A stretch of DNA of 64,000 nucleotides from contig NC_057711.1 in assembly GCF_004010195.1 (NCBI RefSeq), positions 79,625,570 to 79,689,569 on the forward strand, written 5' to 3'. The position numbers and the translations under genes were made by a program. The number at the start of each line of letters is the position of its first letter. The first letter of the stretch is position 1. Below the pieces are notes generated by a model. The model saw only the letters and a program-made list of their open reading frames with translations, did not search any database and was not told the origin of the DNA. Origin of the DNA: Chiloscyllium plagiosum (Eukaryota). Shown piece after piece: positions 1-14,087 of the stretch.

Positions 1-484
1 ATGACCTCTCTGCTGGCTTAGCCAAATTTAGCAGATAGCAGTATAATCAAAATATTTCTGTGTGTTGAAGATACGAAGACGCAGTTATTGACTCTAATAA
101 CTGAGATATATCACTAACTATTGTGACCTCTGGAAATTGACTGTTTCAAAAGGCAGTGCAAGAGGTGAGGAGAAATGAAAATCTGAGCTGGCTGAGATCC
201 CAGAGACAATAGAGGCCAGTGAATGATGTACCTTCTCAGCCCATTGTCTTCCTCTGCAGCAAATGTAGCACAGTCTGCCATACCAGAATGGGTCTCCTGA
301 GCCACACTAGGCAGTGCTTAACACAAAACTGACCAGTGTGGCAGTAATCTTGTTCGATTAAATGGAAGGCCAACCCAGAAGATTTTGTTGCAAACGCCTG
401 TTGATCTGTTTATGGACAAAATTCTGAAGTTTATAAATTCATTCCAGCTATCTTTAATGCATGCCTTCAGAATATCAGGATATT

Positions 485-615
485 CTTGATGAAGGGCTAA
501 TGCCTGAAACATCAACTCCACGGCTCCTCGGATACTACCTGACCTGCTGTGCTTTTTCTAGCACAATGCTTTTCGATCCTGACTCTCCAGCATCTGCAGT
601 CCTCATTTTCTCCAG
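485..615 (+). mobile_element. Penelope-like element terminal (pLTR) fragment with degenerate hammerhead motif
   Basis: Homologous to 33810-33945 (ttgatgaagggctaatgcctgaaacatc...cctgacctgctgtgcttttt...ctccagcatctgcagtcctc). Confidence 0.75.
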
Positions 616-730
616 ATATTATGTTAGGACAATTGCAAGATTTTTAAAAAATTGCTCTATTACTTACCAAATGAACTTTCTTGTGGAGGAGAGATTCTAA
701 AGGTTAATTCTGATTTTTGTTTAATCCTAG

Positions 731-946
<216 letters not shown>

Positions 947-1989
947 TAAAGGGGGAAAAAGGCTGAGTTTTTTTTGGATATCTAAAAGAGTTCTCTCGAT
1001 CTCCATCCCATCTTGTAGCTATGAGGAGGCTGAAGGGCAAAGGGAGGGAGTGGGCCAGGATGGATGACAAAGAGCTTTCCTCACATAATACCAGAGAGAT
1101 TTTTACTCCAAGGTGTCATCTGCCTGCCTGGTCAGCTTTTCAAATAGGATTGGCAGGAAGTGGAAATTGAAAGAACTATCCAAAGTGGGTTTGTGAGTTG
1201 ATCCTATGGAAGGATTGAGAGCATTTTGTGTCCACCTATCCCATATGGAAAATCACTAAAATTAAAATAAAAGAATTGTGTCTATTGTGACAAAACTGAA
1301 CTTGAATTCTCTTCCTTCAAAGGGACTTCATGGGAAAGTCACACCCACTTCACCCTTAGGCCCACATTTAAAGTAGCAATTAAACTCTAGTAATATCCCC
1401 TTTGCTCAATTTACTCATTGAATATTGAATGACGTTTCCTGCTGATTCCCATCAGGAGTGTATCTTGCCTTCTCAGAAGAATGTTTTTTTCTTATTCAGA
1501 ACTAAGGATTCACCTCAACCATAAACAATTTAGCTGTGAAATTAGATGTGTTTGCAAGTGAAAGTGAGGCCTTTTCAGCAGGCTGATTGTGTAATGATTA
1601 TACAAATAATTTCCAATCTACATTATCTCGCAACCTCATTCAAGCTTTTACTGGTACAGAAAGACCTTTGGTAATTCTTCATGCTTCCTCTTTTATTTGG
1701 ATGTTTTCTGTTTTTCTTATTTTTGATTACTGCTCAATTTAAAGTGAATCTAGCTAATGATAATAAATGCCCTTTTGATTATCTCTTGAAGCAGTTTTGA
1801 TTTATCGGCAAAAAAGGATCAACCTTCTCAATAATTCAAGGTTAATGAGAATAAATCTACCAAAGGTGTGGAATTTAAGTCTGAATGATTCAATTGTAAA
1901 TCCATTGCCATGGTTCCATTACAATGCTATAAACAATTCAACAATGTGTGACAGGAAGAGGTGGAAATTATAACTAGGACACTGCAGCA

Positions 1990-3290
1990 GAAATAGTAGA
2001 CATATTGGTTGAAATACTTCAAAACAGTAGATTTCAGTACACTGAATTTTTTTCAGGTGGAAAATATATAACTAATGGAGTGCCACAAGGATTAGACCTC
2101 GTGCCTCAATTATTTACTATCTACATTCATGACTTGGGGAGCTGGCAGAGTATATTTCATCCAAATTTGATGCTGATTTAAAAATAGTTGGAGGGTATGT
2201 TATAATGAGGACATAGGAATCAACAAAAGGATGCAGATAGTTTAAGTAAGTAGGCAAAACTTGACAGATGGAGTTTAATGTAGGAAAGGTGAGGTCGTGC
2301 ATTTTGCTAGGAAGAATCAATAGGCAGACAATTATTTAAATGGCTAGGGTTTGTAGAAAAGTGCAGCACAGTGAGGTCTAGTCGCAACAGTATTTAAGAA
2401 GGCAAATGGAATTTTGGCATGTATTGCTAGGGGTTTGGAGTTTAAAATAAGGAAGTCTTTTTACAACTATACAAGGTGTTGGTAAGCACCTGGAGTACTG
2501 CGTACAGTTGTGGACCTGTATTTAAGAAAGGATATACTAGTATTGGAGACAGATCAAAAGAGGTTCACATGGCTGATTCCTGGGATAAAGGGGTTGACTT
2601 ATCAAGAATGACAAAATGAGTTGGGCCTTTATTTATTAGAGGTCAGAAGAATGAGGAGTGATCTTGTTGAAACATAAGATTCAGAAACATAGAAGATTCT
2701 GAGGGGGCTTTCTCAGGGTAGGTGTTGAGAAGATGTTTCCATTAGTGACAGAATCTCAAACTAGGGGACATAGTTACAGAATAAGGGGATATAATTCTGT
2801 AATTTAACGCGAGATGCAAAGGAATTTCTTCTCCCAGAATGAATGTCTGGAATCCATAACCTCAGAATGTTGTAGAGGCTGTATCCCTGGAAGAATTTTA
2901 TTTGGAGATAGATAGATTATTGAAATGTCAAGGAGTTGAGGGCTATGATCAGCTGGGACTAAAAAGGCATGTGGCAGATCAGCTGTAATCTTACAGAATT
3001 GTGGAGCAGGCATGAGGGGATGAATACAGTAGTTCCCCCCCCGACCCCCCATACCTATGGGGATACGTTCTAGGACCTACTGCGGAAGCCCAAAACCATG
3101 GGTAGGACTGAACCCATTCAATTAAATGGAAAATATATCTTCTCAGAGGTCTCCTCATCCCTGGTACTGGAAGGTTCCCTAAAATATGTTCAGCCCGCAG
3201 TAAACTGCATGTAACTGAAAACGCAGAACACTATTCCACAGATATGGGGGTTGCCCTGTATTTCACTCCTGATCATATTTCTTAAGTTCT
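1990..3290 (+). mobile_element. Degenerate CR1-clade LINE, 3' part
   Basis: Decayed RT motifs (GVPQG-like at 2078, FADD-like at 2166, HLEYCVQ-like at 2487) with stops and frameshifts; CR1-type 3' tail interrupted by a MITE. Confidence 0.85.
3027..3258. mobile_element. Tc1/mariner (Tigger-like) MITE
   Basis: TA|CAGTAGTTCCCCC...GATATGGGGGTTGCCCTG|TA: imperfect TIRs, TA target duplication, inserted in the CR1 tail. Confidence 0.7.
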
Positions 3291-3456
3291 TATAATGCCT
3301 TAAAAATCCAATTGAGTACATTATAAGCAAATTTAAATCCAAATGCAAGTTTTCACAGAAAATGGTGTTTGGCAAAATAATGACTTGTTATAAATAAGCT
3401 TGGTGATTATAAACCCAAAAATAATTTCTCAAAATAGTGATTTTTGTTTTGTTTAA

Positions 3457-3561
<105 letters not shown>

Positions 3562-4169
3562 TAGTAATTTCCATCTCCAAGCCTATGTTACACTGTACTG
3601 AAACACTGAAGTGTTTATAATCCATAGATGATGCATCACTGATTCTCTTGGTAATTTAATGTGCCTATAAAATCTGAAGAATACACCCAAAGGAAGATTC
3701 TGAGAAGCCCAATTTACTTCAATTTTATTGACTGCAGTAGATGCATTTAAAGATCTTTTAAAGCTTTTATTCTTTTATTCCTTTAATGATTTTTATTCTG
3801 GCATAATGTATAATGTCAGTCATTATTTCTAACTGATTATAATTACAGTATAAAAGCAGATGAAGCTGATTGAGCTTTTTATTGGGAGAGGGAAACATGG
3901 CATTCATTGATATGAAACAATACACAAACATAACTTTATAAAACTATTATAAAATGGAGTGATAGTGAGAGATCTCACCTTCTTACCAGTTCTTTTGTGC
4001 TCATGTGGTTCACTGAAAATATTATTTCACTACTTCCCATCAAAATCCTTTTGAACATTTATACAATGTTTGACCCTATGTTGTTTGTAACAGAAAGTTG
4101 GCAGATAGCAAATGGTATTATCATTGCTATGCCCCCAACTTTCAACATGCTGCAAACTGCATTGGCCAG

Positions 4170-4470
4170 AAACTGAATTTGAGTAGCCATATAAATTCTA
4201 TGGCTCCTAGAGCAGAAGAGTGGCTGGGAGTTCTGCAAGAAGCAATTTGCTGATGACTCAGTCTGTCCACTGTCTACAAGGTACAAGTTAGGAATATGAT
4301 GGAATACACTCCACTTACCTGGATGAATGTAACACCAACAATACTCAAGAAGCTCAACACTTCTATCCACTTGATTGGTGTCCATCCAACATTTTCAGCA
4401 TTCACTTCCTCCACCACTGAAATACAGGAGCAAAATGTGTACTATTTGCAAGATGCATTGCACATCCTGT
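4170..4470 (+). mobile_element. L2-like LINE fragment
   Basis: Homologous to 57265-57570 (gatggaatacactccactt...caagaagctcaacac). Confidence 0.7.
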
Positions 4471-4525
4471 GAATGAATTAGCAAAAGATCTAGTAACTGA
4501 ACTAGATCTAACTAACTGACTAACC

Positions 4526-4795
4526 CAGTATTACTTCAACTCCCCCTTCCACTCTGCCGAGAACATGCAGGTCCTGGGCCGCCTCCATCACCACTCCTTT
4601 ACCACCCGACGCCTGGAGGAAGAACGCCTCATCTTACACCTCAGGATCCTCCAACCGCATGGCATCAATGTAGATTTCACCAGTTTCCTCATTTCCCCTC
4701 CCTCCCCCATGTTATCCCAGATCCAACCTTCCAGCTGAGCACCACCCTCATGGATGCTACCTGACCTGCTGTGCTTTTCCAGCAACACACTCACA
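4526..4795 (+). mobile_element. Penelope-like element fragment (GIY-YIG endonuclease C-terminus plus tail)
   Basis: Reads YFNSPFHSAENMQVLGRLHHHSFTTRRLEEERLILHLRILQPHGINVDF, like the end of PLE GIY-YIG domains, then joins the same tail as 33860-33900. Confidence 0.8.
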
Positions 4796-5672
4796 ACCCC
4801 AGTACACGAGAACACTATTTTGTTCCTGAATCTGGATCTGAAACAAGCCCAGACTATTGAGATGAAGTTGACTCTGTGTGTCAGCTCCAAAGATTAAGCA
4901 ATGAATTGCAGATGTCTTAATCCACTTAAAATAGCCCTCTCTGGGAAAGTAATAAAGATGTTCTGATTAGATTTTACATTGTATTGGTCATACTATCTTG
5001 TCTACCACTACTTTGCAGAACAAAAAAAGGAGATATATACATTAGAAAAGATACAGGAAAGAATAGCAAGATTCATTCCAAATGGGTTGCTCTTTGAGGA
5101 AAGATGTCAGCATCTTATATTTTAGACTATCATAACATTTTCCTCACCCTCAGTAGTTTTTTTCACAAAGAAAAATATATAAGAAAACTTATAAAGTAGA
5201 AAGGGAAGTGTATTTTTTTTGCTGAAGAGGAAGCTTTATTTCAAATGAGGGTAATGACAATAGTTTGCTGGCAGAAAAATAGAACCAAAAGCTTCCGTTT
5301 GATTCATGTTGCAATCAGAGACTTAGATGAGCTTTTAATGGCCATTTAGTCGACTGGCATTTATTAATTTTGTACTCGTAATTTGGTCACTGTAGCTCTT
5401 GCTTTTGTCCCATTACTGTAATCGAAAAGTAAAATTCACAGCAAATTGATTGTTTAGCTAGTTCACTGGATGTATTTTACCAAATTAATAGATATATCGT
5501 CTTTTAGATCTTGGTTGCGTGATTGGTCTTAAAATTACATCCAAAAATTTATTTGCATCAACTTCCATGTGTAAATGGTGGAGAAGTATTTTCTGGGGAG
5601 GGAGGAAGAGAAAAGAGATACTGTAGATAGTAACATTTCAACAAATTGCTATTGTACATAAATTAAAATGTA

Positions 5673-5885
5673 CAGTCGGTTCTTCTATAATATGATGGTC
5701 ATGTTTGTGTGCACCTCCGCATTATGGAAAAATTGTGCTTTAGAAACAGCATTCAAGGTGTTGCCATTGTAATCGCATCACAACCAACACACATTTTCAA
5801 AGCTCCCACTTTAGAAACAGCTTCTCCAATTCATCAATCGCATTACAGTGAATTTGCAGAAAGTATTTAAAATCAGAACGACCTG
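5673..5885. mobile_element. Tc1/mariner (Tigger-like) MITE
   Basis: TA|CAGTCGGTTCT...AGAACGACCTG|TA: imperfect TIRs with TA flanks. Confidence 0.6.
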
Positions 5886-6783
5886 TATATTAAATTAAAT
5901 ATTAAATTTTGTGCAAGTCATAGTGAATTTAAAAACGGTAAGACCGCTAAAAAATTTAGAAATTAAAATTTCTGTCAATACAGAAATTTAAAAACCTTTA
6001 TTAAATCTACAGGAACAGAAGTTCCAAGAAAGATATACAATGATTTCCTTATTCTTATTCCTTATATGGGTATAATAAATTGTCTGAATATAATGAATAG
6101 AGGAAGATCACACAGGAGGATACCACACTATTAGCAACCCAGCATAAATTTTTTGTCCAGCTAATTTAACAGACAAGAAAATTGGACAGATTTCCTTTTG
6201 AATATGCAACCCATCCCATCATTATTTCTTTGATTGCTTCCAAGCAATTTAGTTCAGTATGCTCAGAGAAATCTGTCCACTAGCCTTGCAATTTTTAATG
6301 TGGGTTAAGTCTGTTGGATTCCCAGACAGTATCCCTTGGATCATGTGAAATAACTCCAAACAATTATTTGTTTATGTTGTGGAACATTTTGCAGAATCAA
6401 TGCTTTTGTAGTACCCAAAGTGCTGTAGAATCCACTCTACTTCAAGTTAGAAATGAACAACAATGTGGTTGGGAGTTAGAATTCTTGACTTCATTTCTGA
6501 ATGGGGACATAGATCACTGGTTCATTCAGGTGGGCTGAACATTCAGAACTGAAAAGCAAGGGTTATGTTGCCAAGATAGTGGTTCTGCCTTAGGAAAAAG
6601 TGGAGGCGAAAGAAACCCAAACTATTCACCTGAAGGCAATAGCATTAGTTTGTTGACCTAATAGCGCTTCAGTTCAAATTGGTGTCAACAGCAATGGAGC
6701 ATGAAGTTAAATGTGGCATGCTACTAAATTCTGTGTAATGATGTACATTGTTCATTCTCTAACAAAGTGCTCATTGGTGCTAA

Positions 6784-6963
<180 letters not shown>

Positions 6964-8200
6964 GAATGGAGCCTGAACACAAAGATACCTTTCACTATAG
7001 CACTTTTGTTAGATTTGCTCTTTATGGCTGACTTTGCAAAACAAAGACTTTAATGTCCTTGGCATCATCTCTCAGCTCTGTGCTGTATTTGATCATAATT
7101 TCTGGACACAACCATCTAGGATCACAAAACCCACAACATCCAGATCTTGAGTGGATGGGATAAGCTTCTTCTGCCATTAATTGAATGAAGGACCAGAAGG
7201 TTTCAACTATTTATTTTGTTTTCAAGACTTTTTATAATTAATTTCACCAAAGCTCTCCTTCAGCCTTGGTGACAAAGGTTAGTTATGCTCATTGGGAAAG
7301 GGGATGGAGGATGGTACTTCATTTCAGTATTGATTGATCTTGTGTTTTATTAACTCTCCATTGTATTACAATATTCACAAAATATTTTAATAGGACTATG
7401 AAGTTAAACAGTAATATTCTTGAAATTTGCCAAAAGTGAAGCTTGTTGAAAATATGAAGGTAAGGCAACCAGAAACCTTAAGGTTTGATACATCCTGGAA
7501 TAATCACTTGATGCTTGAAAGTGATTAGTGTTGCTTTTGTCAGAAAGACACAGGGTTGAAAGTAACAACAGTGATATAATGCCACAATATATTGCAAGCA
7601 TTGTGAAAATTAGGGGAGAAAGAGTGTGAGAAATCTGCAAGTTGTGAAACATGCTGATTGGCTCAGGTGTTTCACATATTGGGGAAAAAACTAAGCCGAA
7701 AGTATTAAACTTTGCAAATTACTTCGTATTTTCTGGAAAATAACTACCACTAAAGTGACCAAACAAATCCTTTAAAATAAATATTTTCAAGCAGCTTGGT
7801 TGACTCCCCAGTGCACCACATCATAAATCACTTAAATTACATTTTGTAATGGAACAGACAAAAACAAAATTCAAAATTAAATGGCTTATGTTATCCATTC
7901 TATATTTTATCTATCCCTCACATGGTCATCCCCTCTTTCGGGCCATTTTCCAGAGCTTCAAATACATCAGTTAATCTTTGGGATTTTATGCTTCGGTCTC
8001 TGCACAGGCCTTACTGGCCCTTATCCTCCTACTCTTAACTTTCAGCCAACTTAGAAACACTTTCTACCTACTGTCAGCCAGAATGTTTCTACTCCCTCCC
8101 AGGCTCTTATTCTGTTTTCCTAGTCCTACCCGAGAATCTTTGAATTCTCTGACTACTTCTTAAAGTGGTCTTGCAATAAATGTTTCTTTTATCGTATTCA
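6964..8200 (+). other. TLE4: TLE4 proximal 3' UTR with candidate poly(A) signals
   Basis: Follows the stop codon. AATAAA at 7776-7781 and at 8175-8180, the latter followed by T/GT-rich sequence. True 3' end unknown. Confidence 0.55.
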
Positions 8201-8312
8201 CTGTCCTTAGCCAATGAATGGTTATCTCTCAATCCACTCAAATCTTCTTCTGAAAATTAATCATTTTAACTGTAATCCCCTCTGACCTCATTTGTCCCAG
8301 TTTCACTTCTCA

Positions 8313-8660
8313 TGACATGGTGGATCAGTGGTTAACACTACTGCCTCACAGCACCAGGGACCCAGTTTCAATTGCAGCTTTGAGCGACTGTCTGTGTGGA
8401 GCTTGTACATTCTCTCCGTATCTACATGGGTTTCTTCCGGGTGCTCCGGTTTCCTTCCACATTCCAGAGATGTGCAGGTTAGGTGAATTTGCCATGCTAA
8501 ATTGCCCATAGTGTTCAGGGATGTATAGGTTAGGCGCATTAGTCAGGGGAAATGTAGACTAATAAGGTAGGGAAATGGATCTGAGTGGGTTACTCTTCCG
8601 AGGGTTGGTGTGGACGTGTTGGGCCAAATGGCCTGTTTCCACACTATAGGGATTCTATGA
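8313..8660 (+). mobile_element. HE1-like tRNA-derived V-SINE
   Basis: tRNA-like head with A/B-box remnants, V-domain (gggtttcttccgggtgctccggtttcc), CR1/HER1-like tail; homologous to 29676-29999. Confidence 0.9.
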
Positions 8661-11469
8661 TTGTAACCTCACTACTCTCACCTCCTGGATTGGGTTTCCA
8701 CTTTCATTCCTAAACCATTTTGCTGTGAGCAATGTCTTGGACAGTCAACTAGTGACTGATGAAAAACAGTTTTTATTTGCTGACTTAAAACGTCTAACAT
8801 TATTAAACAGTTGTGGATGAGTAAGGAATAAAGGGCGAAAGGAAGTCAACTGTAACGCATCTAATAAGAATAATGCAGATGCTTTATTTCTTGTGGTAGT
8901 TGGAGGCTTTGTGTGTGGGTTTGTGACTGATGTTCATGATCAGCCTTTACATTGATTTAAATGTCAACAGGATTTACATCAAATGCACCAATACTAATAT
9001 AGTCTGCCAACTGTCCAAGCATAATAATAGAAAAATAAAGTGAATTACAATCAAGAGACTGTCATGAACTGTCCATACGTTGCTGTATGAACCCTGAGAT
9101 GAATGTACTCTATCGAATGGACTTATTGATACTGCTAAATTACTGCAACCTCTCACCGTTATAATTGGATAAATCATTACTTCTGTGGATCTTATATTGT
9201 TTATTGCTTATTCATTAATGTATCTCTCATTATTTCATTTCAAACATGGCTTGCAAAAATTTATCTTTGGCCCAAGTATCATCAGTATTCTGAATTTTCT
9301 TGTTTCACTTTATTTAACTATTGCACCCAGAAAAATCAAAGGGTCGCCTATGGACTTCTCATCTGTTCTTGGACACATTGAAATTGGTTCTTTGCTGTCT
9401 AAATTAACCTTACTTCTTTTGAAGGAAGTTTTATATGTTTAGCTTATTTCTTCTAGATAGCTTCTTAGGTTTAGGTTACATTTCTGACCACTTTAATGTA
9501 GGCTTATATTTTAAAACTTTGCATGAGTTACCAAGAACATTTTCATCTGCCAGTGTTTATATCAGAAGGAAATGTCTGCTGTGATGTTTACTTGAGTAAA
9601 CTCCCACAGATTGGAAGCATAAGGCCAAATAGATGGAAAAACTGAATTCCATGTCTATGGTCAAGGGCAAATTCAAGAGGAAGTAATCCTCAATTCAGGA
9701 TATATTATGGTTCAAATTTCAGTTTATCAGCATGATAAAGAGTTGCTGTTGACTCGTAGCAAACATATTTTCCATACTAAAGCAGCACAATGAAAGCATT
9801 ACCCTTTCTGCAGCCATTTAAGTTGAATTCCTTTGGATTTTCTATATCAAGTTGTGATATAGGAATCCTTTTCCTACCTATGATTACATCACCGTTTAAT
9901 TTGCCTAAGCATGTTCCTGTTAGTCTTAAGTTGGTGTTCTTGATGGTCTTCAGCCAGGTACTGATGATATAGATGGTTAATAATCAGTGAGTCAGATTTG
10001 GAGAATGGAGAACAGAAGCTTAACTGTGTACCATAATGAAGCTAAAGTTTGAATAGCTGTTCCCTGCATCCTATACATAATGTCCTTAGAGACCTCAACT
10101 GAGCAATGACAACGGTTGTTTTTTTCTGGTTTCACGAGCAACAAATTAGGTTTTTGAAGGTGAGTTCATGATTTGCAACATGTCCATGTCTATTCTTCTG
10201 AACGTGCAAATTTGATGCACCTATCTCACCTGAAAGATTGCAATATCTGAGCAAAGAGGTCCCACACTACTGTTGTCTTAATACTACTGGCATCCTCTGT
10301 ATTTATCAGGGGAGACCTGCAATGTTGTTCCCAAACTATTTGGGGTAAGCAAACTTCAATTTGTAAAGGCAGTTATCCCATCTGTAATGCAGAATATTGC
10401 TGCAATTTAAATAATGATAAAATGATCACCAATGCAGCTGCCTCTTTCTAGAGAATGTGTTCCAGGATAAAAGATGTTCATTGGAAGCACTTGTGATCAA
10501 GATGACCAGTAAGAGAGATGCCATTGTTCCACAGGGAGCCAGGAGACCTTTGAGAACAACTGTAGGAAGAGAATGGGAGCAGGTAGCCATGAAGGTCATT
10601 TTTTAGAGTTGGTCCTGAGTCTTGGCAGCAATTTCATAGAGATTTAATGTGGTCAATGTCAATGACATTTCCTCATGTTCACACTGCTAACTTTGCACTG
10701 CCCAATGCATCACATCCCATTACTGACACATCATCTTGCTATTCAAGATTCATACCTATCACTGAACCTTGGGGAACTCCATGATAAACAAGGATTTAAC
10801 ATCATCCTATTTTTAAATCAGTACATGACAAGATGAAAAATAAACGTTACATTTATGGTTGTTATTGTTACACTTTCATCTTCACTCCCCTTTTCTAACT
10901 AGCCATGAGCTCTTGAAAGTTTCATCCACACCTTTATTACTTCCAGTGTTTGATTTTTCAGTGGTTTCCTTACCAGTCTCCTATCCCTCACCCCCCCCAC
11001 CCCCCCATACCCTTCTGCTCATCCAAAACTTTATTGTCCATAATCCTATTCTGAACATCTTCCATCTCCACTTTAAAATTCTCCTCTGTTTTTATAATAT
11101 CTCTGCAACGCACTGATACTACTTTTTAACCTTGTCGTCACCCTACAAGAAGAATTCTGTCTGCCTCAGCGACTTAGGTTTTATACATTGCTCCCCTCAG
11201 AGGGCAATTTCATCATCCATTTTGGGTCTACATTCTGGAATTCCGTGCAGAACTTCCTCTTACCCACTTTGCTCTCCTCCTTAATGGTCCTCCTGAAAAT
11301 TCACCTTGGTGTAAGTTTCAATCATTCCATCTACTCTGTTATGGAGTTTTCTGGGAATGTGTTTGACAGGATATATAAGCAAGGTCTTATTGCTCCTTAT
11401 AGCTTTGCTGAAATGTGCAGGCTGGTCTAATGGAAGACAAACTGTAAGTATTTTTATGGCAGTCTAATA

Positions 11470-11620
11470 ATAGGGGCAGATAGTGGTGTGTGGTAATATT
11501 CTTGGATCAGTAACCTAGAGCTCCATGGGTTCAAATCCTACCATGGAAGCTTGTGAATTTTGAATTCAATTAAAACGTTGGAATAGGACCTAGTCTAACA
11601 ACAACAATATAACTATAGTC
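11470..11620 (+). mobile_element. DeuSINE (SacSINE1-like) 5' fragment
   Basis: gggttcaaatcctaccatgg...gaattttgaattcaat matches the head of 52168-52505. Confidence 0.65.
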
Positions 11621-11899
11621 AAGTCCCAAGACTTCACTGAGTGTAAAGGGTTCTATTCCTTAGTCAAAGTGGGGAAAAGCATCAATTCCAGATGTCCTGT
11701 TCCCAAACCCGGCAACTACCCTTTTTACTAACAGTGGGGAATGCAGGCAGAGCATATTTCCTGCATCTGCACTTTATGAATTGCATTTAGAGGTGCATCA
11801 ACAGGCAATTTTCATCACCAACATTTATGAATTTAGTTGGTAGAGGGCTCTAAAAAGCCATGGCATGAGTGGGGTTTCATGGATTCTCCCCAGATTTGC

Positions 11900-12065
11900 A
11901 TGGAGTCATAGAATCATACAGCATGGAAGCAGACCTTTAGTCCAACCCGTCCACACTGACCATGCTGCCAAATTAAACTTGTCCATCTTCCTGTGGTTGG
12001 TCCAAATCCTTCCCAATCTTTCCTTCATGGACTTAACCAAATGTCATTTAAATGTTCTTACTATA
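11900..12065 (-). mobile_element. HER1/CR1 3' tail fragment
   Basis: gagtcatagaatcatacagcatggaagcagaccttt, homologous to 35888-36050. Confidence 0.7.
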
Positions 12066-12436
12066 CCTGGAGGGTATAAGGGCCATGGGAGTTGCACAGA
12101 GGAGCAATATGGAAAGGCATGGAAGATATGAGTGGCCGTGAGGACTGGGGACAAAGTATGAGTTGGCATTCAAAAGGCATGAAGTTTGAGGGATGAGTAC
12201 TAGAAGGTTTATTTTACGTTTCACTACTTTGATTATAACTCTGACGCAGTTTCAGGGCAGTGAAGAAGACTGTTTCAGCAAACTGTCTTGGCATCCGTAG
12301 CCCTCCAAACTTTCTATGAACGTGAGGCATGTTTATATGCTTACTGGGGTATTAATGTCCTAAAATTGATGTTAGAATCCCAACGTCATTCTGCCTTTTT
12401 CTAAATTTCACTAGGGCAGAATTTAGGATCAGCAGG

Positions 12437-12665
12437 TAAAATAACTCCATAGAAGCCGGTATCAGTCACCAAGTCACCCTTTATTTACACATAAACAGTC
12501 CTTGATTTTAGTACTGCCTCACTTCAGTGGCAGCTACCAGAGTGTCAGGATCTCTGACATTCACCTTTTTCTATGTCAGCCATAGCTCCCTGATTGGGGT
12601 TGTTCAGCTGGCCCAATCACGGACCTCCCATATTCTAGCTGGCTGACTTCATTACAATCACTACA
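12437..12665 (-). mobile_element. Short solo LTR (229 bp)
   Basis: 5-bp TSD GCAGG at 12432-12436 and 12666-12670. Minus strand starts TGTAGT and has AATAAA near its far end; the other terminus reads TA instead of CA. Confidence 0.6.
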
Positions 12666-12699
12666 GCAGGGATTTTTGGGTCTCTTGATTTTGTAACTA

Positions 12700-14087
12700 A
12701 AATTAAGTTAGAAATTAAAAAGTAACTGAGTGTTGTTTTAACAATGTATTCTGGATTTGCTGGTCCAGGTAGACGGACTGACACCAACTTGCCAGACACA
12801 GTAAGTTGAGTGTACAGTGGAAAGAGCTTCTTCAGTGAGAGTGAGAAGCTTCAGCCCTGGCCATTGAGAGGCTGCTGTCCGAAGCATTTGTCTCAGATTG
12901 TTTTTGGAAGACATTTTACCTGTCTGGCATTTCACTCACTGCAAGCTACACTTCCCTGCTATTAGCTTGCATAGCACAGGAGCAGCTTCTGCAACTGCAA
13001 CTTGCATCTCTGGTTGTGGACCAGACAGGATGTAACACCACCACCAATGTCACTAGAGGCAGCAGAAGCACTAGCTGTCTCCTCCTCTGTCACATGCTCA
13101 TCCTCAGGGCAGAGGTGATGTAAACCAAGACAGTGCTGGCAGGAGAGGAGACTCCCCCACTTCACCCCCAGAAAAAAGTGGGAGCCGCAGAGAGAGGATC
13201 ATCTCTCCCAGTATGTCTGAGCACCAGTGCCTGAGGAGCTCAGCTTCTCCCTGCAAGATGCTCCTAATTTTGGCAGTCTCCTGGCACAAGACCTCCTTCC
13301 CACCAACCAGGATGGCACGTAAAACCAATAGCCAATAAAGTGACCCCCACTTCCCTATCACCAACTCTGAACCTGTGCCTTTCCAAAAATGTGTATGTTT
13401 CCTTCTCCAGGAGGAAAGGAAACACAGTTAAGAGTGTTAGAATGTTTCTGTGGGTAGGAATGTGGAGGACAACATGATGAAGGTGGGTATATATGTTGTC
13501 TTAGAGGTGAAGTGAGCGACCTGTAGATACAGAAATAAATGGAATGACAAGATGTGTTGACAAGAGTAGTGCTGTGCAAAAGTAATAGGTGGTGGCATCA
13601 CACCAGAAAATGTTATGCCCTCACCTATCATAGCTTCCTGAGGCCTGGATCCTCTTTGTGCACTGAGCATACCTCTGCAGTTCCTTTATCACTTAAATTC
13701 AAGCTTGCTTGTTTGGAGAGCTTGTCCACTTCCTCTTTTGACCTTTGGAGAGCTCACCTCATTACAGTCTCTCAGATTCCACTGCAGGATCTCAAGGCAA
13801 GAGTTAAAGAGCAACCTTCCCTGGTCTTTTCCAGTACTGTGGTTGCTGAAAAATCCAAAAAATGCTCCTTGGGTATTTGATCCCTTGTAACCCATGTCAT
13901 GGTCCCTTTAAATAAAAATCATTTGTTTGACAAAATCAATGTATTTTTTCTTCCCATCTCCAGTGAGATTTGAATGCTGTGGCTCAGAAGAAGAGCCATG
14001 ACAACATAAACTCCCATGCCATTCTGGTTTCCGATCTGTAAATAGATTCACTATTCCAACTGGGACTAGGTCCAGAAAATCCAGCCC
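12700..14087 (-). mobile_element. Highly decayed PIF/Harbinger-type element (Myb/SANT-like remnant)
   Basis: Ends AAAATCCAGCCC|TTA at 14076-14090. Minus ORF 13689-13895 (RLLFNSCLEILQWNLRDCNEVSSP) loosely resembles the N-terminus of Harbinger Myb/SANT proteins. Left boundary uncertain. Confidence 0.4.

Noticed and set aside
8303..8539. Recurrent 'CGRKPEHPEETH' ORFs as a protein family
   Set aside because: Antisense translations of the V-SINE core.
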